Shown one piece after another: positions 8,900 to 20,348 of a DNA stretch of 64,000 nt (position 1 is its first letter; the number at the start of each line of letters is the position of its first letter). A model generated the notes under the pieces. It was not told the origin of the DNA. It made no database searches and saw only the letters and a list, made by a program, of their open reading frames with translations. The stretch is taken from contig CAWAUM010000001.1 of the NCBI GenBank assembly GCA_963785235.1, forward strand, positions 512,001 through 576,000. Direction: 5' to 3'. A program made the translations under genes and the position numbers. This DNA comes from an uncultured delta proteobacterium (GTDB lineage: Bacteria; Desulfobacterota; Desulfomonilia; UBA1062).

Positions 8900-9344
8900 C
8901 AGCTCCTTGGTTGCATGTGCCTTCCGTGCCTTGCTGGGGTGCATGTTCCTCTATACCGGGGTGATCCATGCCCTTGACCCCATGGGATTTGCCGAAGCAG
9001 TCGCCAACTACCGGATCCTGCCCGCAGTCCTGGTGAATCCTTTTGCCGTGGTGCTCCCCTTTGTTGAGATGATAACCGGAATAGCCCTCATCCTCGGCAT
9101 ACTCATACCCGGCAGCTCGCTGATCATTGCCGGGCTCCTCTTTGTGTTCGCACTTGCCCTGGGCATAGCCCTCTTCAAGGGCCTTGATATCTCATGCGGG
9201 TGCTTTACCACATCGAAAGAGGCCCAGAGCATATCCTGGATCTACCTCGTCCGGGATCTCGGACTGCTTGCCATGGCGGTCTTTGTTTTCAGCTTTGATA
9301 CGGGTGTGGCTTCGATCAGGAAAATACGGGGATTGAAAAGATAG
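8871..9344 (+). CDS. MauE/DoxX-family membrane protein
   Basis: P..FA..VANYRILP, LPFVE, GLDISCGCF, RDL; four TM segments. Confidence 0.88.
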   Translation: MDQTAPKISNSSLVACAFRALLGCMFLYTGVIHALDPMGFAEAVANYRILPAVLVNPFAVVLPFVEMITGIALILGILIPGSSLIIAGLLFVFALALGIALFKGLDISCGCFTTSKEAQSISWIYLVRDLGLLAMAVFVFSFDTGVASIRKIRGLKR

Positions 9345-9352
9345 GCAGTACA

Positions 9353-9378
9353 GGGCAGGCACCAGGCCTGCCCCCTGC
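9353..9378 (-). repeat. REP-like palindrome between convergent genes
   Basis: Minus strand GCAGG-GGGCAGGC-CTGGT-GCCTGCCC; similar to the GTAG REP at 30395. Confidence 0.5.
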
Positions 9379-9389
9379 AATCATGCCGA

Positions 9390-9782
9390 TCATTCTTTAC
9401 ATGCAATACACCCGATCTCTACGAGGGCATCCTTTGGCAGCCTTGATACCTCCACCGTGACGCGGGCCGGTTTGATATCTCCAGGAAAGAAGGTGGCATA
9501 AACCTCGTTCATGGCTGCGAACTCATTGAAGTCCTTGAGATAGACCTCGGTCTTCACGATCCGGTTAAGTGACAGCCCTGCCTCTTTCAGGATCGCTTCA
9601 ATATTTTTCAGCACCTGGAGAGTCTGATCCTTGATGCCTCCTTCAATGATGGAGCCTGTTGACGGATTCAGGGCTATCTGGCCCGAGACAAACACGAAGC
9701 CGCCTGCCACAACAGCCTGGCAATAGGGCCCTATGGCCTTCGGGGCGCCTTCAGTTTGAATTGCAGTGATGGATTGCGGCAT
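9390..9782 (-). CDS. ridA: RidA/YjgF/UK114 family reactive-intermediate deaminase
   Basis: [40 protein letters not shown]. Confidence 0.9.
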   Translation of the reverse strand: MPQSITAIQTEGAPKAIGPYCQAVVAGGFVFVSGQIALNPSTGSIIEGGIKDQTLQVLKNIEAILKEAGLSLNRIVKTEVYLKDFNEFAAMNEVYATFFPGDIKPARVTVEVSRLPKDALVEIGCIACKE

Positions 9783-9977
9783 CTTCAGTGACCTCCTTTT
9801 TGTCTTATCAAGGCTGTATCATACATGTACGGGAGTCATCCATGGATTTCACATAACCAGCCCTTATATGAGAAAAATATTGATTTTTAAGACTTCCTCG
9901 ACCCTTGAACTTCTGCTAAACTGATATGGTATCCCCCTTTCGGGATAGACCGGTTGCTGTGAAAAGGAGTCGCCCGG

Positions 9978-11111
9978 ATGAAATCTGTTTTTGTATATAC
10001 CTCTGCATTCGATACCTACAGCCTTGGGAGCGATCATCCCTTCAAGCCCTACAAGGCCACCATGGTCTATGAACTCTGCTATCGCTACGGCCTGTTTGAC
10101 CACCCATGGATAAAGGTGTACGAGCCTAAACCGGCAACCACCGAAGTCATGGCCGAGTACCACTCACTGGAATATATCGATGCGCTCAAAGGGTGTAATG
10201 GCGGCAACTTTGATTTCACCATGCTGCAATATGGGCTGGGCACGAGTGACAACCCCATTTTCAAAGGTGTCTTCGATTTCTCTCTCCTTGTGCTTGGCGC
10301 CACCGTAGCCTCTGCCGAATTCATTGCATCAGGTGAGGCTGACACCACGTTCAGTGCTGTGGGGGGGCTTCACCATGGCGGCTTGGGACACGCCGAGGGG
10401 TTCTGCTATGTGAACGACATCGTGATAGCCATCAAGCGACTTTTGGCAAGGGGTTTCAAGCGGGTCCTCTACATCGACATCGACGCCCACCACGGTAATG
10501 GGGTTCAGGACGCCTTTTATGACTCTGACCAGGTGCTGTTCATATCATTGCATCAGAATGGCGAGAGCATCTATCCGGGCACTGGCTTCGAGAACGAGAT
10601 GGGCCAGGGCAAGGGCCTTGGCTTCACGGTTAATCTGCCGCTCCCGGAATACACGGATGACGAGACGTATGTCAGGGCATTCAAGGAGATCTACCCCCCC
10701 CTTGTCAAGGCCTTTGAGCCCGAGTGCGTTGTGGCCCAGATAGGGCTCGATACCCTCAAGAAGGACCCGCTTACGAACCTGCGTCTTACCAATAACGGTT
10801 TCTGCGCGGTCATGGAAATGATCCGTAAGAGCTGCCCCAAGGTGCTGGCGCTGGGCGGTGGAGGCTACAGCGTGCCGGATGTTGTGAGGGGCTGGACGCT
10901 CGCCTGGTCCATATTAAACGGGATACATCCCGTGGATCACCATGGAGGATGTATAGGAAGCGCGGTATATGGTCCTGGGCAGGGCATCGATGAGCTCAGG
11001 GACCATGCGTACAGAATATCGGATGCGCTAAAAAAGTCAGTGGACAGCTACGTGGACGATAAGATAGCCTATATCAAGTCCAATGTGTTTCCCATCCTCG
11101 GGATCAGATAA
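9978..11111 (+). CDS. Histone deacetylase family / acetoin utilization protein AcuC-like
   Basis: HPFKP, GGLHH, GFCYVND, YIDIDAHHGNGVQ, DPL, GGGGY motifs. Confidence 0.92.
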   Translation: MKSVFVYTSAFDTYSLGSDHPFKPYKATMVYELCYRYGLFDHPWIKVYEPKPATTEVMAEYHSLEYIDALKGCNGGNFDFTMLQYGLGTSDNPIFKGVFDFSLLVLGATVASAEFIASGEADTTFSAVGGLHHGGLGHAEGFCYVNDIVIAIKRLLARGFKRVLYIDIDAHHGNGVQDAFYDSDQVLFISLHQNGESIYPGTGFENEMGQGKGLGFTVNLPLPEYTDDETYVRAFKEIYPPLVKAFEPECVVAQIGLDTLKKDPLTNLRLTNNGFCAVMEMIRKSCPKVLALGGGGYSVPDVVRGWTLAWSILNGIHPVDHHGGCIGSAVYGPGQGIDELRDHAYRISDALKKSVDSYVDDKIAYIKSNVFPILGIR

Positions 11112-11182
11112 TGATGGGGCATTAGGTTCCTTTCCAGGAGAGGGCCGGGTAGTTATCTTAAATTTATGGGGTGAACTGATCT

Positions 11183-11565
11183 ATGGATGAAGAAAAGAAA
11201 GAGGAAATAAAAAGCTATACCTTTACGGATAAAAGAGGGGTTGAAACGGAAGAAACAAAAGAAACCAAAGAATTTAATCCTCAACCTCCGGAAGAGAAAG
11301 ATCAGCCGGGTTCTGCCCATACCATTGATTTTACAACATTGATCATGAGCCTTGCCAGTTCCGCCCTGGTCAGCATGGGGAGAGTGCCTGACCCTGAAAC
11401 AGGCACAGTCCAGAAAAATTTAGGTTTTGCCCAACAGAATATCGATATCATTCATCTCTTGCAGGAAAAGACCAGGGGGAACCTCTCGGCCGATGAGGAA
11501 CGCCTGATAGAACAAATACTCTACGAATTACGGATGAGCTATATCAGCGTGTTGAAGGATGAGAA

Positions 11566-11569
<4 letters not shown>
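11183..11569 (+). CDS. DUF1844 domain protein
   Basis: IDFTTLIMSLASSAL..MG..PDP, A.QNID.I.LL.EKT.GNL..DE..L....LYELRM. Confidence 0.85.
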
Positions 11570-13061
<1,492 letters not shown>

Positions 13062-13065
<4 letters not shown>

Positions 13066-13946
13066 AGATCTTAGCCCCGGCCAAGATCAACATCTACCTC
13101 GAGGTGGTTGGGAAGAGGCCGGACGGTTACCATGAATTGCGCACCATCATGGTGCCGCTTGGATTCGGGGATGAGATCTTTATTGAGGTCGCCCCTTCAA
13201 AAATTACCCTTGATGCGCCTGGATGCGCTTGCCCTGATCAGGACAACCTAGCCTACCGGGCAGCACGGCTTTTTCTTGACAGAACCGGTATACCAAAAGG
13301 TGTCAGTATCAGGGTCGTTAAGCGAATCCCTGTTGGTGCCGGTCTGGGTGGAGGCAGCAGTGATGCATCAAGTGTATTGCTTGGTATGAACGGGCTCTTT
13401 GGGACAGGGCTTGGTGTGCAGGAACTCGCGGGTCTTGCAGGCGACTTAGGCGCTGATTGTCCCTTTTTCCTCTATCAAAAACCCATGCTCATGGGCTCGC
13501 GTGGTGATGTACCCATATCAGAGGTAGTACTTGCGGACCGCGCATATCTTATTGTTATTCCTCCATTGCACATCTCTACTGCCGCTATTTTTTCAAAATT
13601 TACCTTGCCATTGACTCGATACGAGGATAGAATTAAAATAGTCAAGACTAAGGACCATTGTATTGTGCCTGAGGTTTGGGTCAGAAATGACCTTGAATCT
13701 GTGGCCTGTAATATTTATCCCGAGCTTACGAGAATAAAAGAAGAGCTTATCAGTTCAGGGGCACTGAAAGCCGGCATGTCAGGTAGCGGATCGGCTGTTT
13801 TTGGTGTTTACGAATCACAAGCTCATCTGTGCAGTGCATTGAGCCGTCTTGCACGGCATGAGGGGTATAATTATATACCCACAACAAGATTGACGGGGGA
13901 TATATATGGAGATTACAGAGGTAAAGGTGTTTCCGGTCAAGGATAA
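13062..13946 (+). CDS. ispE: 4-diphosphocytidyl-2C-methyl-D-erythritol kinase
   Basis: APAKINIYL, RPDGYHEL, KRIPVGAGLGGGSSDA, LGADCPFF, MSGSGSAVF. Confidence 0.95.
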
Positions 13947-14178
13947 TGACAAGCTTAAGGCGTATGCCTCAATTGTCTTTGATGATTGTTTTGTTATCCG
14001 CGATTTGAGGGTTATCAGTGGGACGATGGGCTTATTCGTAGCAATGCCTTCCAGGAAGCGCAAAGACGGCTCCTTTAGGGACACTGCACATCCCCTGAAT
14101 ATGGAGACGAGGGATAAGATCGAAAAGTCCATACTCGAGTCCTACAAAGTAAGGATTGCCAACGAAGTACAATTCTAA
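13906..14178 (+). CDS. spoVG: Septation regulator SpoVG family nucleic-acid-binding protein
   Basis: MEITEVKV, LKAYASIVFDDCFVI, GLFVAMPSRK..DG.FRDTAHP. Confidence 0.93.
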   Translation: MEITEVKVFPVKDNDKLKAYASIVFDDCFVIRDLRVISGTMGLFVAMPSRKRKDGSFRDTAHPLNMETRDKIEKSILESYKVRIANEVQF

Positions 14179-14214
14179 TATAGTCCCGTCCCGGTAACCG
14201 GATGTATTGAGTAC

Positions 14215-14288
14215 TGGGATGTCGTCTAATGGCAGGACACGAGATTTTGGATCTCGTTATGGAGGTTCGAATCCTCCCGTCCCAACCA
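14215..14288 (+). tRNA. tRNA-Gln (anticodon TTG)
   Basis: Acceptor TGGGATG/CGTCCCA, anticodon arm CGAGA-TTTTGGA-TCTCG, T-loop GGTTCGAATCC, encoded CCA; conserved position between ispE and prs. Confidence 0.95.
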
Positions 14289-14372
14289 TATTCTGCAGTG
14301 TGAGACTCCCTTGGTGAAGTCGCTCGTAAAGAACATTCCGGGTGCCGTGATACTCCAGGAGGGAAATGAATT

Positions 14373-15314
14373 ATGAACTCTAGCATCTGTATCCTGACGG
14401 GGAACTCCAACCGGCCGTTGACCGAAAGCATCTGCAGTATCCTTGGCCTTGAGCTCGGCCGCGGAGATGTAAAGCGATTTTCCGATGGAGAGACATCGGT
14501 GGATATCCATGAGAGTATTCGCGGAAAGGACATCTTCATCGTTCAGTCCACCTGCTCACCCACGAACGAGCATCTCATGGAGCTCCTGGTTATGCTTGAT
14601 GCCACCAAGCGTGCATCAGCCAAAAGGGTCACGGCCGTAATCCCTTACTTCGGATATGCCAGGCAGGACCGGAAGGCATCGCCCAGGGCCCCCATCACTG
14701 CAAAGCTTGTTGCCAACCTGCTGACCGAGGCAGGGGCCGACAGGGTGCTCACCTTGGATCTCCATGCAGGCCAGATCCAGGGGTTTTTCGATATCCCTGT
14801 TGATAACCTCTATGCCAAGCCCGTCATGCTGGGCCATATCCGTGACAAGTATCCCAATGACCTGTGTATCGTGGCGCCTGATGCAGGGGGTGTGGAAAGG
14901 GCCAGGGCCTACGCCAAACCCCTGAAAGGCGAACTTGCCATCATCGACAAAAGGCGGGAGCGGGCCAACGAATCCAATGTGATGCACATCATCGGTGATG
15001 TAACGGGCAAGATATGCCTCATTGTGGACGATATGGTGGACACCGCAGGTACGTTGACCAGTGGCGCAACAGCCCTCATGGATGCCGGGGCCAGGAAGGT
15101 GGTGGCATGTTGCACTCATGCCGTACTTTCAGGCCCTGCTATCAGTCGTCTCAGCAATTCCGCCATAGAAAACCTCATTGTCACCGACACCATCATGTTG
15201 AAAGATGATGCTGTAGCATGCGGCAAGATCACGGTGCTCACCGTGGCGCCGCTCCTCGCCGAGGCCATCAAGCGCACCTATACGGGCTCATCGGTGAGCG
15301 AACTGTTCCTGTAA
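14373..15314 (+). CDS. prs: Ribose-phosphate pyrophosphokinase
   Basis: RFSDGE, PYFGYARQDRK, DLHAGQIQGFF, PDAGGVERA, VDDMVDTAGT. Confidence 0.97.
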   Translation: MNSSICILTGNSNRPLTESICSILGLELGRGDVKRFSDGETSVDIHESIRGKDIFIVQSTCSPTNEHLMELLVMLDATKRASAKRVTAVIPYFGYARQDRKASPRAPITAKLVANLLTEAGADRVLTLDLHAGQIQGFFDIPVDNLYAKPVMLGHIRDKYPNDLCIVAPDAGGVERARAYAKPLKGELAIIDKRRERANESNVMHIIGDVTGKICLIVDDMVDTAGTLTSGATALMDAGARKVVACCTHAVLSGPAISRLSNSAIENLIVTDTIMLKDDAVACGKITVLTVAPLLAEAIKRTYTGSSVSELFL

Positions 15315-15316
15315 AG

Positions 15317-15442
15317 CGGGATTTTGCGTTTAGGATGTGTAAAAACTTAATCCGTTCAAATCAGTCACCTTGCAGCCTTTAAGGACCGGGGAATTTAGCA
15401 TTCTCCTAAGGCTGCAAGATGACTGATTTGAACGGACCTATT
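15317..15442 (+). repeat. Long-hairpin repeat element, copy 1
   Basis: 29-bp arms 15351-15379 / 15408-15436 (one mismatch), loop starting AGGACCG; left flank GGATTTTGCGTTTAGGATGTGTAAAA shared with copies at 17350 and 36904. Confidence 0.85.
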
Positions 15443-15464
15443 AAAAATATTTCTTTGGCGTTCC

Positions 15465-16967
15465 CTACATGCCCTGTCCCATTTCAGGCCTGAACTGAAG
15501 CGCCTCTGCGATGTGCTCACCCCGGATGTCAGGGCACCTTTCAAGGTCGGCGATGGTCCTGGCTACCTTGATGACCCGGGTGAATCCCCTCATACTCAGG
15601 TTATATCTCTTCATGGCAGCTATGAGGAGCGCTTTTGACGTCTGGTCGATTTTGCAGTTCTCTTCGAGATGGTTATCAGGTGTCTTTGCATTCAGAACGC
15701 CTCTGCTTATCTGAGTAGAACGTGCCGCCACAACCCGCTCACGCACGAGCCCGGACGATGGCTTTCCCCTGGGGGCCAGCACGTTTTCGGCATCCACCGG
15801 GTCCACCCAGACATGGAGGTCGATGCGGTCCATGAGAGGCCCTGATAGGCGTGAGCGGTATTTGTTTACCAAGAGAGGCGGGCATCTGCATTCCCGTGCC
15901 GGGTGCCCGAGATATCCGCACGGGCAGGGGTTCAAGGCAGTCACGAGCTGGAAACTCGTCTTAAAGGTGCAGGAGAAGTTCGCTCGCGAGACAGTCACCT
16001 GTCCATCCTCCAAAGGCTGGCGCATGGACTCCAGGGCGCTTCGTCTGAATTCAAGGAGTTCGTCAAGAAAGAGGACCCCATTGTGGGCAAGGCTCACCTC
16101 TCCCGGTGTCGGTATGTTTCCTCCACCGATGAGCCCGGCGTCCGAAATGGTATGGTGTGGTGCTCTGAAGGGTCGGATGCTTACGATGGTGTTTTTCTTA
16201 AGCTTGCCGGCAGCGGAATAGATAGAGGTACACTCGAGGATCTCCTCTTTGGTCAGGGGAGGCATGATGGTTGGCAGCCGTTTTGCCAGCATGGATTTGC
16301 CTGCGCCGGGAGGGCCGACCATGAGGAGATTATGACCTCCTGCCGCGGCAATCTCCAGGGCACGTTTGGCAAGGGCCTGTCCCCTGACCTCTGAAAGGTC
16401 CAGTGGCCCGGAGTCTTGTGGTCCACGTTCCGTCTGTGGTGCCTTCCACGGGGCTATCTCTTCGCCCCTGAGGATTGCAAAGGCATCTTTGAGGTTTTTC
16501 ACCGGCAGGACTTCAACCTCTGCAAGTTGTGCCTCATGGGCGTTGGCGGCCGGGCAGATGATGCCTTTGAGCCCCATGCGCCTGGTGAGAAAAGCCGCTA
16601 GGATCACACCGCGCACGGGTCGGACACTGCCGTCAAGACCAAGCTCACCCATGATGAGATAAGTGCTCAGAATTTCCCTGGGTATCAGGCCCAAGGCAGA
16701 CAGGATGGCCACGGCAACGGGGAGGTCGAAGGTCCCCCCTTCTTTTCTCACATCCGCAGGGGCAAGGTTCACCGTGACGCGCCTGGGTGGAAAGTCTAGG
16801 CCTGAATTGAGAATGGCCGATCTGACCCGTTCTCTGCTTTCCTTGACCGAGCTGTCGGGCAGACCTACGATGGATATGCTCGGCAGACCTCCCTGAATGT
16901 CAGCTTCCACAACAACACCAAGCGCCTCAGTCCCCCACAGGGTGGCTGATTGTACGCTCGCCATCAT
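15465..16967 (-). CDS. comM: YifB/ComM family Mg-chelatase-like AAA+ ATPase
   Basis: IVGLPD.SVKESRERVR, VNLAPAD.RKEG..FDLP, GPPGAGKSML, RAPHHT, GEVSLAH.GVLFLDE, NPCPCGY, SGPLMDRID. Confidence 0.92.
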   Translation of the reverse strand: MMASVQSATLWGTEALGVVVEADIQGGLPSISIVGLPDSSVKESRERVRSAILNSGLDFPPRRVTVNLAPADVRKEGGTFDLPVAVAILSALGLIPREILSTYLIMGELGLDGSVRPVRGVILAAFLTRRMGLKGIICPAANAHEAQLAEVEVLPVKNLKDAFAILRGEEIAPWKAPQTERGPQDSGPLDLSEVRGQALAKRALEIAAAGGHNLLMVGPPGAGKSMLAKRLPTIMPPLTKEEILECTSIYSAAGKLKKNTIVSIRPFRAPHHTISDAGLIGGGNIPTPGEVSLAHNGVLFLDELLEFRRSALESMRQPLEDGQVTVSRANFSCTFKTSFQLVTALNPCPCGYLGHPARECRCPPLLVNKYRSRLSGPLMDRIDLHVWVDPVDAENVLAPRGKPSSGLVRERVVAARSTQISRGVLNAKTPDNHLEENCKIDQTSKALLIAAMKRYNLSMRGFTRVIKVARTIADLERCPDIRGEHIAEALQFRPEMGQGM

Positions 16968-17097
16968 GATGATGCCATTTTAACAGAAGCATAAGGGAGA
17001 AGTCCAGATCATGAATACGCTTGTTTGAAGCTTCAGTTTGTATTTTGTTGCATATATTACTAAAAATACAAAGGAAAAAAAATGTCTACACTGGCTA

Positions 17098-17125
17098 TTG
17101 ACAATGACTTTGTCAGAACTACTAT
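17098..17125 (+). promoter_or_regulatory. sigma70-type promoter with overlapping palindrome
   Basis: TTGACA-16 nt-TACTAT preceded by A-rich UP-like tract; TGACA-N7-TGTCA inverted repeat overlaps the -35. Confidence 0.55.
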
Positions 17126-17131
17126 ACAGGG

Positions 17132-17341
17132 TACGAATGCGTAAAGGCCGTGGTTTGGTCTGGCGCGTTAAGGCTGGGCGAGACAAGTCGTGGCGTGGTG
17201 AGGCACGACAAAACAAGGCGTGGTAGGGCCGCGCAGGGCAAAATTAATGACCCTGTTTGACTGAATGACCTTTACACCCCAGTCAGCCGACCAAAACTTT
17301 GCGCATTCACAAAGGGCGGGCTATCATGGCTCGCCCTTTTT
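17132..17341 (+). ncRNA. Candidate ~200-nt structured non-coding RNA with 5-nt periodic 5' half
   Basis: Promoter upstream; closing stem GAATGCGTAAAG (17135-46) / CTTTGCGCATTC (17297-308); further pairings TTTGGTC/GACCAAA and GGCTGGG/CCCAGTC; internal hairpins; ends in terminator. Confidence 0.5.
17311..17341 (+). terminator. Rho-independent terminator
   Basis: AAAGGGCGGGCTA-TCA-TGGCTCGCCCTTTTT. Confidence 0.75.
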
Positions 17342-17349
17342 CGTTAAAA

Positions 17350-17478
17350 CCGGATTTTTTCATTTGAGAAGAGTAAAAAAACCTGATCCGTTCAAAACCT
17401 TCATCTTGCAGCCTCCAGGACCGAGAAAATTAACGTTCCACATAGGCTGCAAGATGAAGGTTTTGAACGGATCTATTT
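17350..17478 (+). repeat. Long-hairpin repeat element, copy 2
   Basis: Perfect 30-bp arms 17385-17414 / 17444-17473; loop CCAGGACCGAGAAAATTAACGTTCCACAT. Confidence 0.85.
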
Positions 17479-17658
17479 AAAAAAACCATGATCACTATGA
17501 GGGTTATGCTTAAGCTCATCAGAAATGCATGAAGTAATTATGGGGACATCCAAACGTAAAATTTCGGATAAACTAGCACATGCGTATCGCTTCTTGAAAA
17601 CCAGGCCCATTAGTGTAATACTTTAATTCTACATGTCCTAAAAACGAGAGGAATTGCC

Positions 17659-19319
17659 ATGCGAAGCGATCAGACGAAAAAATCCATTGAAAAGGCGCCG
17701 CACCGTTCATTGCTTAAGGCCTGCGGCCTGACGGATGAGGAGATAAGCCGTCCCTTTGTGGGCATCGTGAATTCAGCCAATGAAATCATCCCCGGCCACA
17801 TCCATCTGCGCCAGATCGCTGATGCCGTAAAGGCGGGCGTTCGAATGGCAGGAGGCACGCCCATGGAGTTTCCGGTTATCGGCATCTGTGACGGCATTGC
17901 CATGAACCATGCCGGCATGAAGTACTCTTTGCCCTCCCGGGAGATCATTGCCGATTCCATCGAGCTTGTGGCCATGGCCCATGCCTTTGATGCATTAGTG
18001 TTCATCCCAAACTGCGACAAGGTAGTGCCCGGCATGCTCATGGCGGCCTTAAGGCTCAATGTCCCGTGTGTGGTGGTCTCCGGCGGTCCCATGCTGGCAG
18101 GCATGCATCGCGGCAAGAGCGTTGACCTCATCAGCGTGTTCGAGGGTGTGGGAAGGGTCAAGGCAGGCACCATGAGCCCCTCCGAGCTCGTAGAGCTGGA
18201 AGGGTGCGCCTGCCCTGGTGCCGGGTCATGTGCGGGCATGTTCACGGCGAACTCCATGAACTGCCTCACCGAGGCCCTGGGCTTGGGCCTGCCGGGTAAT
18301 GGCACCATCCCTGCGGTGTTATCAGAGCGTATCCGACTGGCCAAGCATGCAGGCATGAAGGTTATGGAGCTGCTGGAAAAGGGGATAAGCCCGAGAGATA
18401 TTGCAACCCCTTCTGCCTTCAAGAACGCCATCGCCGTAGACATGGCGCTCGGCTGTTCCACCAACACCGTGCTTCACGTGCCTGCGGTTGCACATGAGGC
18501 GGGCATCGCGCTGAGCCTTGAGGATTTTAACATCATGAGCTCCAAGGTGCCGCATCTGTGCTCGCTCTCTCCTGCAGGGCCTCACCACCTTGAGGACCTG
18601 TACCGCGCAGGCGGTGTCCAGGCCGTTATGAAACGCCTTGCCGAAATAAAGGTGCTGAACACCAAGGTGATGACCGCAACAGGCAAGACCCTTGGCACTA
18701 ATCTTAAAGCCGCGTGTATACTGGACGACGATGTCATCCGGCCCATTGCAAAGGCCTATCATAAAGAGGGTGGCATCGCCATTTTGCGGGGAACACTGGC
18801 CCCTGACGGTGCCGTGGTGAAGCAGTCCGGCGTGCTGCCCGAGATGATGAAGCGTAAAGGCAAGGCCCGGGTGTTCGATTCGGAAGAAAAGGCCACCAAG
18901 GTGATCCTGGCAGGCGGAATAAAAAAGGGCGATATCGTTATCATCAGGTATGAAGGCCCCAAGGGCGGCCCGGGCATGCGGGAGATGCTCACCCCCACCT
19001 CGGCCATAGCCGGCATGGGTCTCGACAAGGACGTGGCGCTGATCACCGACGGCAGGTTCTCGGGCGGCACCAGGGGCGCAGCCATCGGCCACTGCTCGCC
19101 TGAGGCGGCCGCAAGGTGGGCCAATAGCACTGGTAAAAGAAGGCGACAGCATCCATATAGATATACCGGGGCGCAGGCTCGACCTGATGGTTGATGATGC
19201 CGAGCTCGCGCGCAGGAAGAAGGCATGGAAACCACCCAAACAGGAGGCTCAAAGGCGTGCTAAAACGCTACGCCCGCATGAGCCTGTCTGCTGACAAGGG
19301 CGCACGGTACGAGGACTGA
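17659..19319 (+). CDS. ilvD: Dihydroxy-acid dehydratase (apparent frameshifts near 19115 and 19250)
   Basis: [67 protein letters not shown]; C-terminus [11 protein letters not shown]...KGVLKRYA....SADKGA recovered in shifted frames. Confidence 0.93.
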
Positions 19320-20333
19320 TGAAGCAGGCCCGTTTCTGGGTAAAGGCGGATGAGGACAAGGTGCGATGTTTTCTGTGCGCACACCGGTGCCTCATTGCCC
19401 ATGGAAAGACCGGTGTCTGCGGGGTCAGGAAAAACGAGGCAGGTGTGCTTTACAGCCTTGTGTGGGGAAAGAGCATCTCGGCCAATGTTGATCCCATTGA
19501 AAAGAAGCCCCTGTTCCATTTTCTTCCGGGCTCAAGGTCTTTTTCCATTGCTACCGTGGGGTGCAACTTCAAGTGCGCCTTCTGCCAGAACAGTGATATC
19601 TCCCAGTTCCCTGGCGAAACGGGCCATATTACCGGAGAAGACTTTTTGCCTGAAGCAGTGGTTGCAGTCGGCCGTGAGAAACGGTTGCAGGAGTATCTCG
19701 TATACCTATACCGAACCAACCATCTACCTGGAGTATGCCCTCGATACGGCGGTGGCGGCCAAAGAACAGGGCCTGTTCAATGTCATGGTCACCAATGGCT
19801 ACACCACAACCGAGGTGATTGGAAACAGCCTGAAGGGCACCATCCATGCCGCCAACATCGACCTCAAGGCCTTCACCGAGGGTTTCTACAAGAAGCTGTG
19901 CTCGGCTAGGCTGGCCCCGGTTCTTGATGCCATAAAGGCCTATCATGATGCAGGCATCTGGATCGAGATCACCACGCTCATCATTCCCGGAGAAAACGAT
20001 TCTGATGAAGAACTGCGTGACATCGCCTCCTTCATCTACTCAATCAGCCCTGATATTCCCTGGCACATCAGCAGGTACTACCCCCGCTACAAATACGACC
20101 AAGCACCGCCCACACCGATAAATACAATCGAGAAGGCGCGGGAAATCGGATTGAGCGAAGGGCTGCATTTCGTGTATAGTGGAAATGTTATGGGGCATGA
20201 CGGGGAAAACACCTACTGCCCGGACTGCAAGAAGCTGATCATTGCACGCAAGGGTTTCGTCATTGAGCACCTCCATATGAGGGGCCATGCGTGCGGATAC
20301 TGCAAACATACCATACCGGGGAGATTCCACTAA
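19319..20333 (+). CDS. amrS: AmmeMemoRadiSam system radical SAM enzyme (apparent frameshift near 19670)
   Basis: C.LC.H.C, DPIEKKPLFHF.PG, GCNFKCAFCQN (CxxxCxxC), YTYTEPTI, ANIDLKAF, EITTLIIPG.ND, TYCP.C. Confidence 0.9.
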
Positions 20334-20348
20334 GACCCAGGTAAATTC

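Noticed and set aside
17137-17226. ilvD attenuator leader peptide
   Set aside because: The 29-aa ORF is not Ile/Leu/Val rich, lacks an RBS and is separated from ilvD by a repeat element and ~430 bp
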